A program made the translations under genes and the position numbers. A DNA stretch of 64,000 nucleotides from an uncultured Acidobacteriota bacterium (lineage in GTDB: Bacteria > Acidobacteriota > Vicinamibacteria > Vicinamibacterales > CAVVIG01). Of this stretch, positions 8,966 to 20,500 are shown piece after piece; position 1 is the first letter of the stretch; each line of letters opens with the position of its first letter. The notes below the pieces were generated by a model that was not told where the DNA came from, did no database searches, and saw nothing but the letters and a program-made list of their open reading frames with translations. The stretch is from assembly GCA_963711765.1 (NCBI GenBank), contig CAVQFC010000003.1, forward strand, positions 548,860-612,859, read 5' to 3'.

Positions 8966-10344
8966 TGGATCTTTGGCGGACGCAGCAGCGTGTGGATGTC
9001 GCCCTGGGCTTTGGCGCCGAGCATCAACGCGCCGGCCGCAGCGGACGAGGCGTCCCAGGCGCGCGTCATGTCGCCGGCGAGCGTCGCCTCGCGGCGGATC
9101 TCCGCGGCGTGTCCAGCCAGCTGGACCGCGGTGACGAGCAGCGCGTGCGCGGCAACAAGCTCCTCCGGCGGTGCGATCGCCGAAATCAAGGTCGAGATTC
9201 GCGCCACGGTCCGCTGTACGCCGGCGAGGGTCGCCGGTCCTGATCCGGAGAGCGCCTTGATCCCCTCCAGCGCCGGGTTGAGTCGCGCAAACAGATCGAT
9301 TGGCGTGGTGATCGCCGTCCCGTAGGCCCGGAGTACCGGCGCGCGCAGCGCCCAGCGATCGCGGGCCAGCTGCACCTGGCGAGCCGTAGCGAGGCGCGCC
9401 TGGACCGCGGTCAGCAACGCCGTGACCGCTTCAGGGCGCCGATGGCCAAGCGTCTCGTCGCGCTGGGAAATGGCGCGGAGCACGCGCTCGATTCCGAGCA
9501 CGTCGCCGGAACGCGCACGCTGACTGGCCAGCGTCATCATGCGCGTCGTCAACGCGGAGTACGAGCGATCGAGCGTTACTTCCGCCTGGATCGCCGCCTG
9601 CGCATTGGCGCGTGTGGTGGCCGCCCACTCGGCAGGCAACGCGTTCTTGTCGCGATCGATCGCCGCGACAGCAGTCGCCAGCAGCGAAGTGCGCTCGGCC
9701 GAGCTGTCCACGACGCGTGCGGCGCCGAGCAGTTCTTCGACCGCCTCCTGCGGCGTCGGCGCCGGCAACAGCGGTTCGGGGATCGACGGCGGGTCGGTGT
9801 AGGCGGACAGGTTGATGTCGAACCGGCGGTCGCCGCGGGCCGCGCGCAGGTCCGCGATGGCCGCGTCGAGCATCGCCAGCATCTGACTGATGTCGCTCTG
9901 GCGGTAGTTGTAGTGATTCGGCGGCCAGTCGGCGAGTTTCTGTCGCGCGCGCTCGACCGTCGCGAGCCGTTCGCCCGCATCGGTCAGCCGAGCGACGTCG
10001 TTCAGCGTCTGCGCCAGGTCGTTCGAGAGCGCGGCGTAGTCTGCGTCGGCCTGCGTCGCCACGTAGTGCGCGGCGCGCGCCGCGGCGGCATATCGGCTGG
10101 TGCGATCCCAGTCCACCTGCGCGATCGGGAGATCGACCAGGTGCAGCGGCGGGTTCGGCGTCGCAGCGGTCGGCATCGAAAACACGACGCGGTCGCCAAC
10201 CCGCGCCGGCTCGCCGAAGCTGACGAGCGACGTGCCGTCTTTCAGGAACACCCGCAGCAGCGTTCCCTCGTCCGCAAGCGCTGGACGCGCGCACAGGCCC
10301 AACGAAATCGCCACCAGGGCGGCCGCCAAACCGCGGTGATACAT
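8962..10344 (-). CDS. Secreted alpha-helical hypothetical protein
   Basis: Signal peptide ending ARPALA; Ala-rich helical body; stop overlaps the addB start (GTGA). Confidence 0.75.
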   Translation of the reverse strand: MYHRGLAAALVAISLGLCARPALADEGTLLRVFLKDGTSLVSFGEPARVGDRVVFSMPTAATPNPPLHLVDLPIAQVDWDRTSRYAAAARAAHYVATQADADYAALSNDLAQTLNDVARLTDAGERLATVERARQKLADWPPNHYNYRQSDISQMLAMLDAAIADLRAARGDRRFDINLSAYTDPPSIPEPLLPAPTPQEAVEELLGAARVVDSSAERTSLLATAVAAIDRDKNALPAEWAATTRANAQAAIQAEVTLDRSYSALTTRMMTLASQRARSGDVLGIERVLRAISQRDETLGHRRPEAVTALLTAVQARLATARQVQLARDRWALRAPVLRAYGTAITTPIDLFARLNPALEGIKALSGSGPATLAGVQRTVARISTLISAIAPPEELVAAHALLVTAVQLAGHAAEIRREATLAGDMTRAWDASSAAAGALMLGAKAQGDIHTLLRPPKIQ

Positions 10345-10600
10345 GAAGTTTTTAGCGTACACCAGCCTCGAGCCGAGACCTACCAGCGATTGCTGAAAGG
10401 TTCTGTGGAAAAGCTGTGGACGAATGGTGAATATCCTGTGCAGGAAACGCCAACGAAAATTTATTTCCGGCGCACATCCCTCGCAACGTCGTGACCGCGA
10501 GCATGTGCATCGGCTTTCGTGACGCGCTTCGCTTGTTTGCCGCAAAACGACGCGTAGAATGGTCGTCGCTTCACATTTTCAGCGTATCGCTTTCGACACA

Positions 10601-10831
10601 GTGACCTCCGCCGTTCATCGCTTCCAGGAATCCATTGCAGGACGCCCCTACCTCATCGAGGTCAGCGCGGTCTCGAAAGATCGGTGGCGCGCGTACATCG
10701 TCAGGCTGCCCGGGGTCCCGACCGCGCTGATGCCGTTCTACGGCGCCACGCCGGCTGACGCATGTCGTCAGCTGTGCGAATGGCTGACGCGGGCCCACGC
10801 CAGGGCGTCCAACCCGACCAGCTCAGTGTAG
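10601..10831 (+). CDS. Small hypothetical protein
   Basis: GTG start; ...GRPYLIEVSAVSKDRWRAYIVRLPGVPTALMPFYGATPADACRQLCEWL... Confidence 0.65.
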   Translation: MTSAVHRFQESIAGRPYLIEVSAVSKDRWRAYIVRLPGVPTALMPFYGATPADACRQLCEWLTRAHARASNPTSSV

Positions 10832-10840
10832 GATCTGCGC

Positions 10841-11875
10841 ATGCGCAGACTCGTTTTCTCGATGGCCGCAGCGATCCTGTTGTCGGGCCTGACCAACTCG
10901 ACACTTCACGGCCAGGGACGCGGCGGCGGACAGTTCGGCCCGCCCGACTTCGACAAGCAGGTCCGCGATCAGGCTGAAACAGACAAGACGTGGCGTGCGG
11001 CCAGCGAAGGCTACATGCAGATGGAGAAGATCACCTACCGCAGCAAGGTGGGTGACATGGACATCCCCGCGTTCGTGTTCCAGCCGCTGAAGCTGCGCGG
11101 CGCGAAGAGCCATCCCGCGATCGTCTGGGTGCACGAAAACATCCGCGGACACCTCTACGAGCACTACATCCCGTACATCCGCGAAGCCACCGCGAAGGGC
11201 TACATCGTCATCGCGCCTGAGTACCGCGGCAGCCTCGGATACGGCAAGACGTTCTACGATGCCATCGACTACGGCGGCAACGAAGTGGACGATGTGGTGA
11301 CGGCGGTGGACGTGCTGAAGACGAAATACCCGGCCGTCGATCCGGCGCGGATCGGGATCATGGGCTGGAGCCACGGCGGGATGATCACGCTGCTCTCCAT
11401 CCTGCGGAACCCGACCATGTTCAAGGCAGCGGTCGCGAACGTCCCGGTGACCAACCTCTTCCAACGTCTGGCGTGGAAAGGCGTCGAGCGTCAGCATCAG
11501 GCGATTGACCCGGCCAACCGCTATGGCGGTCTGCCCAACGAAAAGCACGACGTCTACAAGGAGCGCTCGCCGCTCTACCAGATCGACAAGCTGCAGATTC
11601 CCCTGTTCGTCGGCGTCACGCGCAACGACGAGGACGTGAACATCGAAGAGGACATGCAACTCGTGGACGCGCTGCGATCACGCAAGCCGGCGCTGGCCGA
11701 GACGATGATCTACGACAATCCGCCCGGCGGTCACACCTTCGACCGGCGCGTGGATCCGAAGACGTGGCAGCCGGAGAACACGCGCGAGCAGCGCGATTCC
11801 TGGAACCGCGTGTGGACCTTCCTCGATTGGAATCTGGATCCGTTCCATGCCGAAATCCATCCGTCAACGAAGTAG
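10841..11875 (+). CDS. S9 family (prolyl oligopeptidase-like) secreted peptidase
   Basis: Signal peptide; YRGSLGYG; nucleophile GWSHGG; D and GGH catalytic motifs. Confidence 0.88.
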   Translation: MRRLVFSMAAAILLSGLTNSTLHGQGRGGGQFGPPDFDKQVRDQAETDKTWRAASEGYMQMEKITYRSKVGDMDIPAFVFQPLKLRGAKSHPAIVWVHENIRGHLYEHYIPYIREATAKGYIVIAPEYRGSLGYGKTFYDAIDYGGNEVDDVVTAVDVLKTKYPAVDPARIGIMGWSHGGMITLLSILRNPTMFKAAVANVPVTNLFQRLAWKGVERQHQAIDPANRYGGLPNEKHDVYKERSPLYQIDKLQIPLFVGVTRNDEDVNIEEDMQLVDALRSRKPALAETMIYDNPPGGHTFDRRVDPKTWQPENTREQRDSWNRVWTFLDWNLDPFHAEIHPSTK

Positions 11876-12944
11876 GTCCGCTCTGCTGGCGCTGGTCGCG
11901 CTGATCGCAATCCCTCTGTGCGTGCCGGCGCGATCGTCGGCGCAGGAGGTCCCGAACGTTCGACTGGTGGCGACCGGCGGCACCATCTCCAACAAGATCG
12001 GTGGACGACTCACGGCTGAAGAGCTCGTGAAGTCGATGCCGGGGATCGAGCACTACGCGAAGCCCGAGTTCGAGCAGTTCACCAACCTGGCGAGCAGCGA
12101 GCTGACGCTCGATCAATGGCTGGCGCTCTCGAAACGCTTGAACCAGATCTTCACGACCGAGCCGGACATCGCCGGCCTGGTCGTCACCAGCGGCACTGAT
12201 ACGCTCGAAGAGCTCGCCTATTTTCTCGACCTCACCGTTCGCAGCGACAAGCCGGTCGTCGTCGTCGGATCGATGCGCAATCCGAGCACGCTCGGCTACG
12301 AGGGCGCCGCGAATCTGCTCGAGGGCTTCCGGGTCGCCGCGTCGCCGGATGCGCGCGGCAAAGGCACCCTCGTCGTACTGAATGACGAGATCAACGCGGC
12401 CCGCGAAGTGACCAAGACCGACGCGCTGCGCCTCAACACGTTTCAGACCCGCGGCTACGGCGAGCTCGGCGTCGTTGACGCCGATCGCGTCGTGTTCTAT
12501 CGCTCGTCGCTCAAGCGCCACACCGCGGCAAGCGAGTTCGACATCTCAGCGGTGACGAAGCTGCCGCGGGTGGACGTGGTGATGGTGTATCAGGGCGCCG
12601 ACGGCGACGTCATCAAGGCGGCGGCCGACGCGGGCGCCAAGGGCATCATCATCGCGAGTGCGGGTGCGGGCGCGACGAGCGGGACACAGCCCGCCGGCAT
12701 CGAGTACGCGACGAAGAAGGGAGTGTTCGTCGTCACGACGACTCGCACGGGGTCCGGACGGATCGCGGCCGGCCGTGGCGGCGGACGTGGTCGCGGCGGC
12801 GCCGACGCACCGCCTTCCGACGAGGTCCGTCACCGTATTGCCGGCGAGGATCTGGCGCCGGTCAAGGCGCGGCTCCTCCTCATGCTCGCGCTCACTCGCA
12901 CCAGCGATCCCGCTGAGATCCAGCGGATGTTCATCGAGTACTGA
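11847..12944 (+). CDS. Type II (secreted) L-asparaginase
   Basis: ATGGTI, SGTDTLEE, GSMR, REVTKT; signal peptide. Confidence 0.9.
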   Translation: MPKSIRQRSRSALLALVALIAIPLCVPARSSAQEVPNVRLVATGGTISNKIGGRLTAEELVKSMPGIEHYAKPEFEQFTNLASSELTLDQWLALSKRLNQIFTTEPDIAGLVVTSGTDTLEELAYFLDLTVRSDKPVVVVGSMRNPSTLGYEGAANLLEGFRVAASPDARGKGTLVVLNDEINAAREVTKTDALRLNTFQTRGYGELGVVDADRVVFYRSSLKRHTAASEFDISAVTKLPRVDVVMVYQGADGDVIKAAADAGAKGIIIASAGAGATSGTQPAGIEYATKKGVFVVTTTRTGSGRIAAGRGGGRGRGGADAPPSDEVRHRIAGEDLAPVKARLLLMLALTRTSDPAEIQRMFIEY

Positions 12945-12978
12945 TCCTGACGATTTTGCAATCGGGCCTCGATTTTAG

Positions 12979-13182
12979 GACGGCGGGGTTGTCTTCGACG
13001 TCTACATCGCCGCGGCAATGGTCAAGAAAAACGTGCCCGCGACGGTCGTGGCGACGCCAACGGGCGCGCATCTGACGCTGAAGGCGGCGCAGGTGGAAGT
13101 CGAGCGCGACGACGACAGCTCGAAGAAGTCGATGGCGGAGACGATCGCCGAGCGTCTCAAGCGCGACTATTTCGGGCGGTAA
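12979..13182 (+). pseudogene. Possible gene remnant or 54-aa ORF (ATG at 13018)
   Basis: Open frame FDVYIAAAMVKKNVPATVV...KKSMAETIAERLKRDYFGR* with coding-like codon usage, bounded 5' by TAG. Confidence 0.35.
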
Positions 13183-13240
13183 CGTTCTGTCCCGCCAACG
13201 GGTCGCTATGGTCAGGCCCGAGACATGCATCGGAATCGGC

Positions 13241-13690
13241 GTGACCATCAACACCACCGACCCCACACCAACGCCGTCGTCTCGAGTGGCTCTGCAGCGC
13301 GCCTCACGGATAGCGCTTGGCGGATTCCTGTTGGGTGCCGGCATCGGTCACCTGACTTTTCTCCGTCGCGAGTTCCGCGCTCAGGTGCCGGACTGGGTGC
13401 CGTTGCCGGTTGACGACACCGTGGTCTATTCCGGCGTCGCTGAAATCGCGCTCGGGGCGTCCCTGATACTGGTCGAAGGTCCGCCACGGGAAGCGCTCGG
13501 GAAATTCGCGGCCACGTTTTTTGCAGCGGTGTTTCCCGGCAATCTGTCGCAGTGGTGGAACCGCCGCAGCGCGTTCGGCCTGGATACGGACAACAAGCGC
13601 CTTGGCCGTCTGTTCTTCCAGCCGGTGCTGATGTACTGGGCGCTCAAAAGCACCGAACGGCCAGAGCCCGCGTCTACACCGGTCGATTAA
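13241..13690 (+). CDS. DoxX-like membrane protein
   Basis: AGIGHL..R.EFRAQVP, SGVAEI, AVFPGN, RLFFQP; start approximate. Confidence 0.75.
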   Translation: MTINTTDPTPTPSSRVALQRASRIALGGFLLGAGIGHLTFLRREFRAQVPDWVPLPVDDTVVYSGVAEIALGASLILVEGPPREALGKFAATFFAAVFPGNLSQWWNRRSAFGLDTDNKRLGRLFFQPVLMYWALKSTERPEPASTPVD

Positions 13691-14051
13691 TCAGGAAGTT
13701 GGCGGTATCGCGGAAGAACGCGCGCAGCCGGGCATCGGCATCAGGCGTCAGGGCGGCGTGATCCAGGGCGCGCTCCATCAGCGTGACCCAGCGGTCGCAC
13801 GCGGCCTGATCGATCGGGAACGGAACGTGACGCGCTCGAAGGCGAGGATGACCGCGGCGCTCGGCATAGCGGTTGGGTCCGCCGAACCTGCCGACGAGAA
13901 AATCGCGCAGCCGCGCTTCGGACTCCGACAGATCATCGTCCGGATACATCGGCCCGAGGATGTCGTCGCCGGGCACCTGCGCGTAGAACGCGCCGGCCAG
14001 TCTGGCGAATCCGGCCTCGCCGATCGCACCGTAAACGTCGCTGTCGGTCAT
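13674..14051 (-). CDS. glbO: Group II truncated hemoglobin
   Basis: YGAIG, AFY..V..DDILGPMYP, FGGP..Y...RGHPRLR.RH.PF.I. Confidence 0.88.
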   Translation of the reverse strand: MTDSDVYGAIGEAGFARLAGAFYAQVPGDDILGPMYPDDDLSESEARLRDFLVGRFGGPNRYAERRGHPRLRARHVPFPIDQAACDRWVTLMERALDHAALTPDADARLRAFFRDTANFLINRPV

Positions 14052-14072
14052 CCTGACGATGATAGCCAAACA

Positions 14073-14101
14073 TTGACCGGGCTTAATCAGGGCATTACCA
14101 T
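14073..14101 (+). promoter_or_regulatory. Sigma70-like promoter of tRNA-Ala
   Basis: TTGACC, 17 nt, TACCAT. Confidence 0.6.
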
Positions 14102-14136
14102 AGGGATTCGACTCTCGCAGTCAGACCTCTCAGTGT

Positions 14137-14212
14137 GGGCCTGTAGCGCAGTTGGGAGCGCGCATGAATGGCATTCATGAGGTCACCGGTTCGATCCCGG
14201 TCAGGTCCACCA
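14137..14212 (+). tRNA. tRNA-Ala(GGC)
   Basis: Acceptor GGGCCTG/CAGGTCC with G3:U70; anticodon arm CATGA-ATGGCAT-TCATG; GGTTCGATCCC; encoded CCA; 76 nt. Confidence 0.96.
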
Positions 14213-14524
14213 TCCTCCAACCTGTTGCCCCACTGGACGTTTTGCCTCTTGTTCATTTCTGAGTGAACGAAGAAAAAAACCCTCGCCATCGCTGCACCGC
14301 GTCCCTCGTTACTTTCGGTTCGCCCGCTCCTTCTTCACCGTCTGCTCAACGGCGAGTGCCGCCGCAGTCGATCGTCCGTGTGGCGACGTACCTGCCAATC
14401 CGCACGAACAGACCGTCGATCTCGCGCGCTGCCGTGCATTGGCGCGCGACCGGATGCGCGATACTCGGGCCCGGCCATCCGCCAGGTCGAAACGACGCGA
14501 AGAGTCGACCGACAGCGGATTGGA

Positions 14525-17500
14525 TCAGGGAGAGACGCGAACCGGCCCCTGGAAAAGAGAGAAGTACGGGGAGAAGCTGAGGAGTTCCCTGATGCCGTCT
14601 GGACCGATCTGAAACACGCGGAGTGGGCCGCCGTCGCGATTGGTGCCCGTCACAATCTCTGCCCGCCCATCGCCCGTGACGTCCACACTGCCGACGGAGA
14701 CGCCATCGCACTGCACGGGATCGACATCGGGGCTGACATCGCACCACAACGGATCGTAGGCGTAAAAGCTTGCGAGGCTGACGATCGATCCGTTGCTGAG
14801 GCTGAACGCCTGCACGTGCGGGCCGCCACCAGGTCCTGGCCCGGTGATGATGTCCGCCAGGCCGTCACCGTTCACGTCCGCGGCGGCCACGCGGACGGTG
14901 CCCCGGAACTCGGGGAAGTATGGAAAGAAGCTGGCAATCTCGGCGACCTGGCCCGGTCCCCCGATCGTGAAGACGCGGACGGGCCCGCCCTCTCGAGTGG
15001 TCCCGGTGATGATCTCGGCGCTGCCGTCGCCGTTCACATCACCCCCCGCGACGAACACCCCGCCCGTAAACGAAGGATCGTAGGCATAGAAGCTGGCGAG
15101 CTCCGTGATGCCGCCGCCGGCGAGACTGAAGGCGCGCACGTGTGGTCCGCCGGACGGACCAGCCCCGGTGATGATGTCGGCCACGCCGTCGCCATTCACG
15201 TCGGCCGCCGCCACCCGAACGCCGCCGCTGAAGGCTGGGTCGTACGCGTAGAAGCTGGCGATCTCCCTAGTGATGCCTCCGGCAAAGCTGAACGCGCGCA
15301 CGTGCGGGCCGCCGCCTGGTCCGGCCCCCGTGATGACGTCGGCCAGACCGTCACCGTCAACGTCACCGCACGCCACATACACGCCGCCGGCGAAGAGCGG
15401 GTCGTAGGCGTAGAAACTGGCCAACTCCTTGACGACGCCGCCCGCGAGACTCCACACGATCACGTGCGGCCCGCCGCCTGGGCCAGCCGCGGTAACCAGG
15501 TCATCCACACCGTCGCCGTCGACATCGCACTTCGCACTGCTGTGGACCCTCGTGCTCATCGCGGCGCGGTTGTTGGCCGCATTCGGGTCGCTGATTCCGC
15601 TGAGGACGGAAGCCACGTTGGTGATTTCCGGAGGAGCCGCCGTTCCCGCCGCCACGGTGTACGTTGCGGTGATGGTTCGCGTCGCACCAGACGCCACCGT
15701 TCCCAGATTGCAGGGGAAAGCGGTCGTGCAATCGCCGCTCGTTGACACCCAGGTCAATCCGGGCGGAGTCGGATCGTCCACAGTGACCCCTGTCGCGACA
15801 GAGGGTCCGGCATTGGCGACCGTGACCGCATAGGTCACTCGGCCGCCAGGAGCGGCGTTGGTCGGCCCGGTCTTGGTGATCGACAGATCCGCGAGCTGTG
15901 TGACCGTCGTCACGACGCTGGCGGCATTGTTCTCGGGACGTGGATCGAAGGGATCGCTCACCGCGAGCGATTGCACGATCAACGTCGGAGGGCCGGAATA
16001 ATCGGCGGGCGGCGCGAGCGTCGCTATGACTTCGCGCGTTTCGCCGGGCGCAAGCTCTCCAAGTGCGCACGGGAGGCTCGAGCATGCGCCACGAACGGTC
16101 AGCGGCACGGAGGCGCTCGGAGGCGGCATCATCAGGGTCGTGCTGGCGGTCCGCGATGGCCCGACATTAGCGATCGTGACGTGGTAATCGCCCGACGTGC
16201 CCGGGGCCAGGAACGATGGCCCGGTCAGCGCAACCTGGACGTCGGCCAGAGGAACCAATCCCACTGCGCTCGTGTCGCTGTTGTTGGAGAGATCGGGGTC
16301 CGTCGTGCCGGCAGCGACTACCACCGTCGCGACGTTGACGAGCGAACTGCTGCCGACAGGCGCACTGAGACCGGTCGCCACGAACGTGGCGTTCCCGCCT
16401 GCAAGGAGATCGACCGTCGCGGCGATCGCCCCTGTGCCCGACGGTGAGGTGCATCTCGATCCGGTGCTGGCAGTGCACGTCCACGTCACGCCGGTGTACG
16501 GCGCCGGGAACGTGTCGGTGACTGAAGCTCCCAATGCCGTGCTGGGCCCGTTGTTGACGACGGCGACGGTCCAGGTGAATGCAGCGCCGGCGGCGGCGAC
16601 CGGCACGCTCGGCGTCTTTGTCAACGCGAGGTCAGCAATGACTGAAGATGTCAACGTCGCAGTGCCGGTGTCGTTCGCCGGGTTCGGATCGATCGGTGTA
16701 CTCGACTGGCGCGTCGCCGTGTTGATCACGGTGCCCAACTCCGTGACGCGTCCCGTCACCGTCAATATGCCGGTCCGCGTCGCCGGCACGGCGCCCAGTG
16801 CCCAGATGCCCGTTCCCGCATCGTAGCTGCCCTGTGATGCGTTCGCCGATACGAATGCCACGCCTGCGGGCAACAGGTCTTCGACGTCGGCGCTCGTGGC
16901 GTCGTCTGGACCAAGGTTGGTGACCGCAATCGTGTAGGTCACGAGTGCCCCGACACCAGGTGCCGCGTTGCTCACGGCCTTTGCCACGCGAAGGTCGGCC
17001 GCAGGCGCGGCGTTGATCGACACGGCGTCGCTGTTGTTGATCGGATTCGGATCGATCTCGACTTGTGATGCCACGGACGCGTTGTTCACCAGTGCGCCGG
17101 GCTGGTCGACCCTCGCCATCAGCGTCAGCGTCGCCGGCGTGAGCGAATCGAGGGTTCCGACCGTCCAGATGCCCGTCGCGGCGTCATACGAGCCCTGCGA
17201 AGGCGCATCCGAAACGAACGAAAGGCCGGTGGGCAAAGCATCCGCGATCGTGACGCCCGTCGCCGGACTCGGTCCGCGGTTCGTTGCGCGAACAGTGAAT
17301 GTCAAAGTCTCGCCCACCACCGCTTCGCGGCGATTGACCTCCATGTCGACCTCGAGGTCAGCGGCAGGCGCCGAGCTAGTGGCAGCCGCCGCAGAGTCGT
17401 TGCCGACGACCGGATCCGGCTCGTTCTGGCCGGTCTTGACGGCGAAATTCGTGATGACGCCGTCCGCTGTTGCCTTCGCCGTCAGGACCAGTTGTGCGGT

Positions 17501-20500
17501 CTCGCTGACGGCCAGCGATCCGACCGTCCACGCGCCCGTTGCCGAATCGTACGCGCCCTGGGTCGGGGACGCGGACACGAAGTCGAACCCGGCGGGCAGG
17601 CTGTCGGTGACTTCGATGCCGGTCGCCGGATTTGGACCATGGTTGAGCGCATTGATCGTGATCAAAATTTCGTCGCCGAGAACCACGCTGGACGAAGGCA
17701 CGGTCTTCGTGACCTCGACGTCCGCATCGCGAGTCAGCGCCGTCACGGCGGTCGCCGCGTTGTTCGCCGTGTTCGTGTCCACCGTCGTCGACGACACATC
17801 GGTCACGTTCTCGATCGGCGACGGCCCACTGTAGTCGGGCGGAACGGTGAAGGTTGCGGTGATCGTCCGGGTGGCGCCGGCGGGCACGACGCCGAGCGTG
17901 CACGGGAAGGCCGTCGTGCAATCAACGGCATTCGACACGAATACCAGGCCGGTCGGCGTGGCATCGCTCACCACCACGCCCGCGGCATCCGACGGCCCGG
18001 TGTTGGTGACGGTGATCGTGTAGACGAGTGGATTGCCGGCGACGATCGAGGCCTGATCCACCGTCATCGGTGATCGGCCACGTCCGCCTCGGTGCTGATG
18101 GCATCGCGGTCGGTGGCGATCGCCGAGGTCCGGTTGGCGTGTCCCGCCGGCGGGAACACCTGCGCGGAGTTGACGAGTTCGCCGGTGGCCGCGGGATCGA
18201 CTGTGCCCGTAGCGGTGAAGACGACCGTGGCGCCGACCGGCACGGTGACCGCCGTGTTGATGGCGCCGCTCCCCGAGGCGGGGCACGTACCGCCGCCCGT
18301 GCCCGTGCAGGTCCACGCGACGCCGGTCAATGTCGCCGGGAACGCGTCGGTGACCGTCGCCCCACTCGCGTCGCTCGGCCCGAGCGGGTTGGTGACGATG
18401 ATGGTATAGGTCGTCGGCCGTCCCGCGACCACGCCGTTGACCCCATTGGTGTTCGTGATCTGGAGATCCGTCACTGGCGCGCCGACCGGCGTGTTGGTGG
18501 TTGCGCTGTTGTTGCCCGTTGCCGCGTCCGGCGTCGCACTCGAGACCGTTGCCGTGTTGGCGATCGGATTGGGCGTCGTATAACCGGCAGGAATCGCAAA
18601 GGTCGCCGTGATCGTGCGGATCACACCGGAGGGTACCGTGCCAAGGTCGCACGGGAAGGCGGTCGTGCAGTTCCCGGCGTTCGACACGAACGTCAGGCCG
18701 GCGGGCGTCGGGTCGGTGAGCGTGACGCCGGTCGCGTCCGAGGGTCCCGCGTTCGTGACGGTGATCGTGTAGACGATAGTGGTGCCGGCCACCGCATTGG
18801 CCGGACCGGCTTTGGTGATCTGCAGATCAGCGGAAGGCGTCAGCGTCACCGAACTGGTCGCGCTGTTGTTGGTGGGATCGCCATCGACCGCGCCGGCCGG
18901 CGGCGTAACGGTGGCCGTGTTGACGAACGGGCCGGTCGCGTTCGCCGCGATCGCCCCCGTCACGGCGAACGTCGCGTGGTCGCCGGCCTCGAGCGAGACC
19001 GTGGTCGCAAGGGTGCCCGTGCCCGACGCCGCGGCGCAACTCGATCCGGCATCGGCCGTACAGGTCCATGCCGGCGCGACGAGCGCGGCCGGAAACACAT
19101 CGCTCACGCTCGCCGCCGTCACCGGACTCGGCCCGAGATTCGTCACCCCGATCGTGTAGGTCGTCGCCTGTCCGGGCACGGTGCTCCCGGTCAGCGTCTT
19201 GGTGATCGCCAGGTCGGCGATTGTCTCCGTGGTCACGGTCACGGTCGCCGAGTTGTCGGTGAGGTCCGGATCCGGTTGATCGTGGGCGGTGATGGTCGCC
19301 GTGTTGGTGACCGTGCCCGCCTGCGTGACGCGCGCCGTGATCGTCAATCCCGCGCTGCCGGTGTTCGCGATCGACCCGACCGTCCAGAGGCCACTCGCCG
19401 GGTCGTAGGTGCCTTGCGACGGGTCCGCCGACTCGAACGCCAGCCCCGCCGACAACACCTCCGTGAGGGCGACGCCGGTCGCCGGACTCGGGCCCTGGTT
19501 GGCCACGACCACATTGAACGTGAGCAGCTCGCCGACATGAGGCGTCGATCGCGTCAGTGCCTTGGTCACCGTGAGGTTGGCGGACTCGGCGGCGTTGAGC
19601 GTGACGCTCGCCCGGTTGTTGGCGGGATTCGGATCCAGTTCCGTCTGCGTCGTGGTCGCGGTGTTGACCAGGGCGCCGGGCGCCGTCACCGTCGCCACCA
19701 GCGTCAGCGTGGCTGGCGTGCCCGTCTCACTGAGCGTGCCGACGGTCCAGGTGGGCGCGGTGTAGGTGCCCAGCGACGGCGTCGCCTCGACGAACGTGAG
19801 ACCCGCCGGCAACGCATCGGTGACGACGACCCCGGTGGCGGGACTCGGGCCGCCATTGCTGACCGTCACGGTGAACGTCACGGTGTCGCCCACCGACGGC
19901 GCCGCCGTATCGACGGTCTGGTCCACGCCGACGTCGGCGTTGGCGGTGCCGTTCACGACCGCCGCCGCCGCGTTGTTGCTCGGGACGGGGTCGGGCTGGT
20001 CTCGCCCGACGACCAGCGCGCGGTTGGTGATCGCGCCGGCCACGGTCACCGTCGCCGTGAGCGTCAACGTCGCGGACTGGGTGTTCAGCAGCGTCCCGAT
20101 CGTCCACGCCCCGGTGACCTCGTCGTAACTGCCCAGCGAGGGCGTGGCCGACCCGAACGCCAGGCCGGCCGGGAGCAGGTCCTGCACGACGAGGCCGGTG
20201 ACACGCGCCGGCCCGTGATTGGTCACGACGACGGTGAAGGTCGTCGGCTGGCCGACGAGCACCGCAGCGGGCGAGACACTCTGACCGAGCGCCACGTCCG
20301 CATTGCGATCCAGCGGCGTCTCGACGGTCGCCGTATTATTCGTCGCGGTGTCCATCGGGCGTCGAGGCAGACATCTGGCACGTTCACGATCGGGCCCAGG
20401 CCGGCATACCCAATCGGCACGATGAACGTCGCGGTGATCGTCCGAGTGGCGCCGGCAGGGACCACGCCGAGGCTGCACGGGAAGACCGTCGTGCAGGCGC

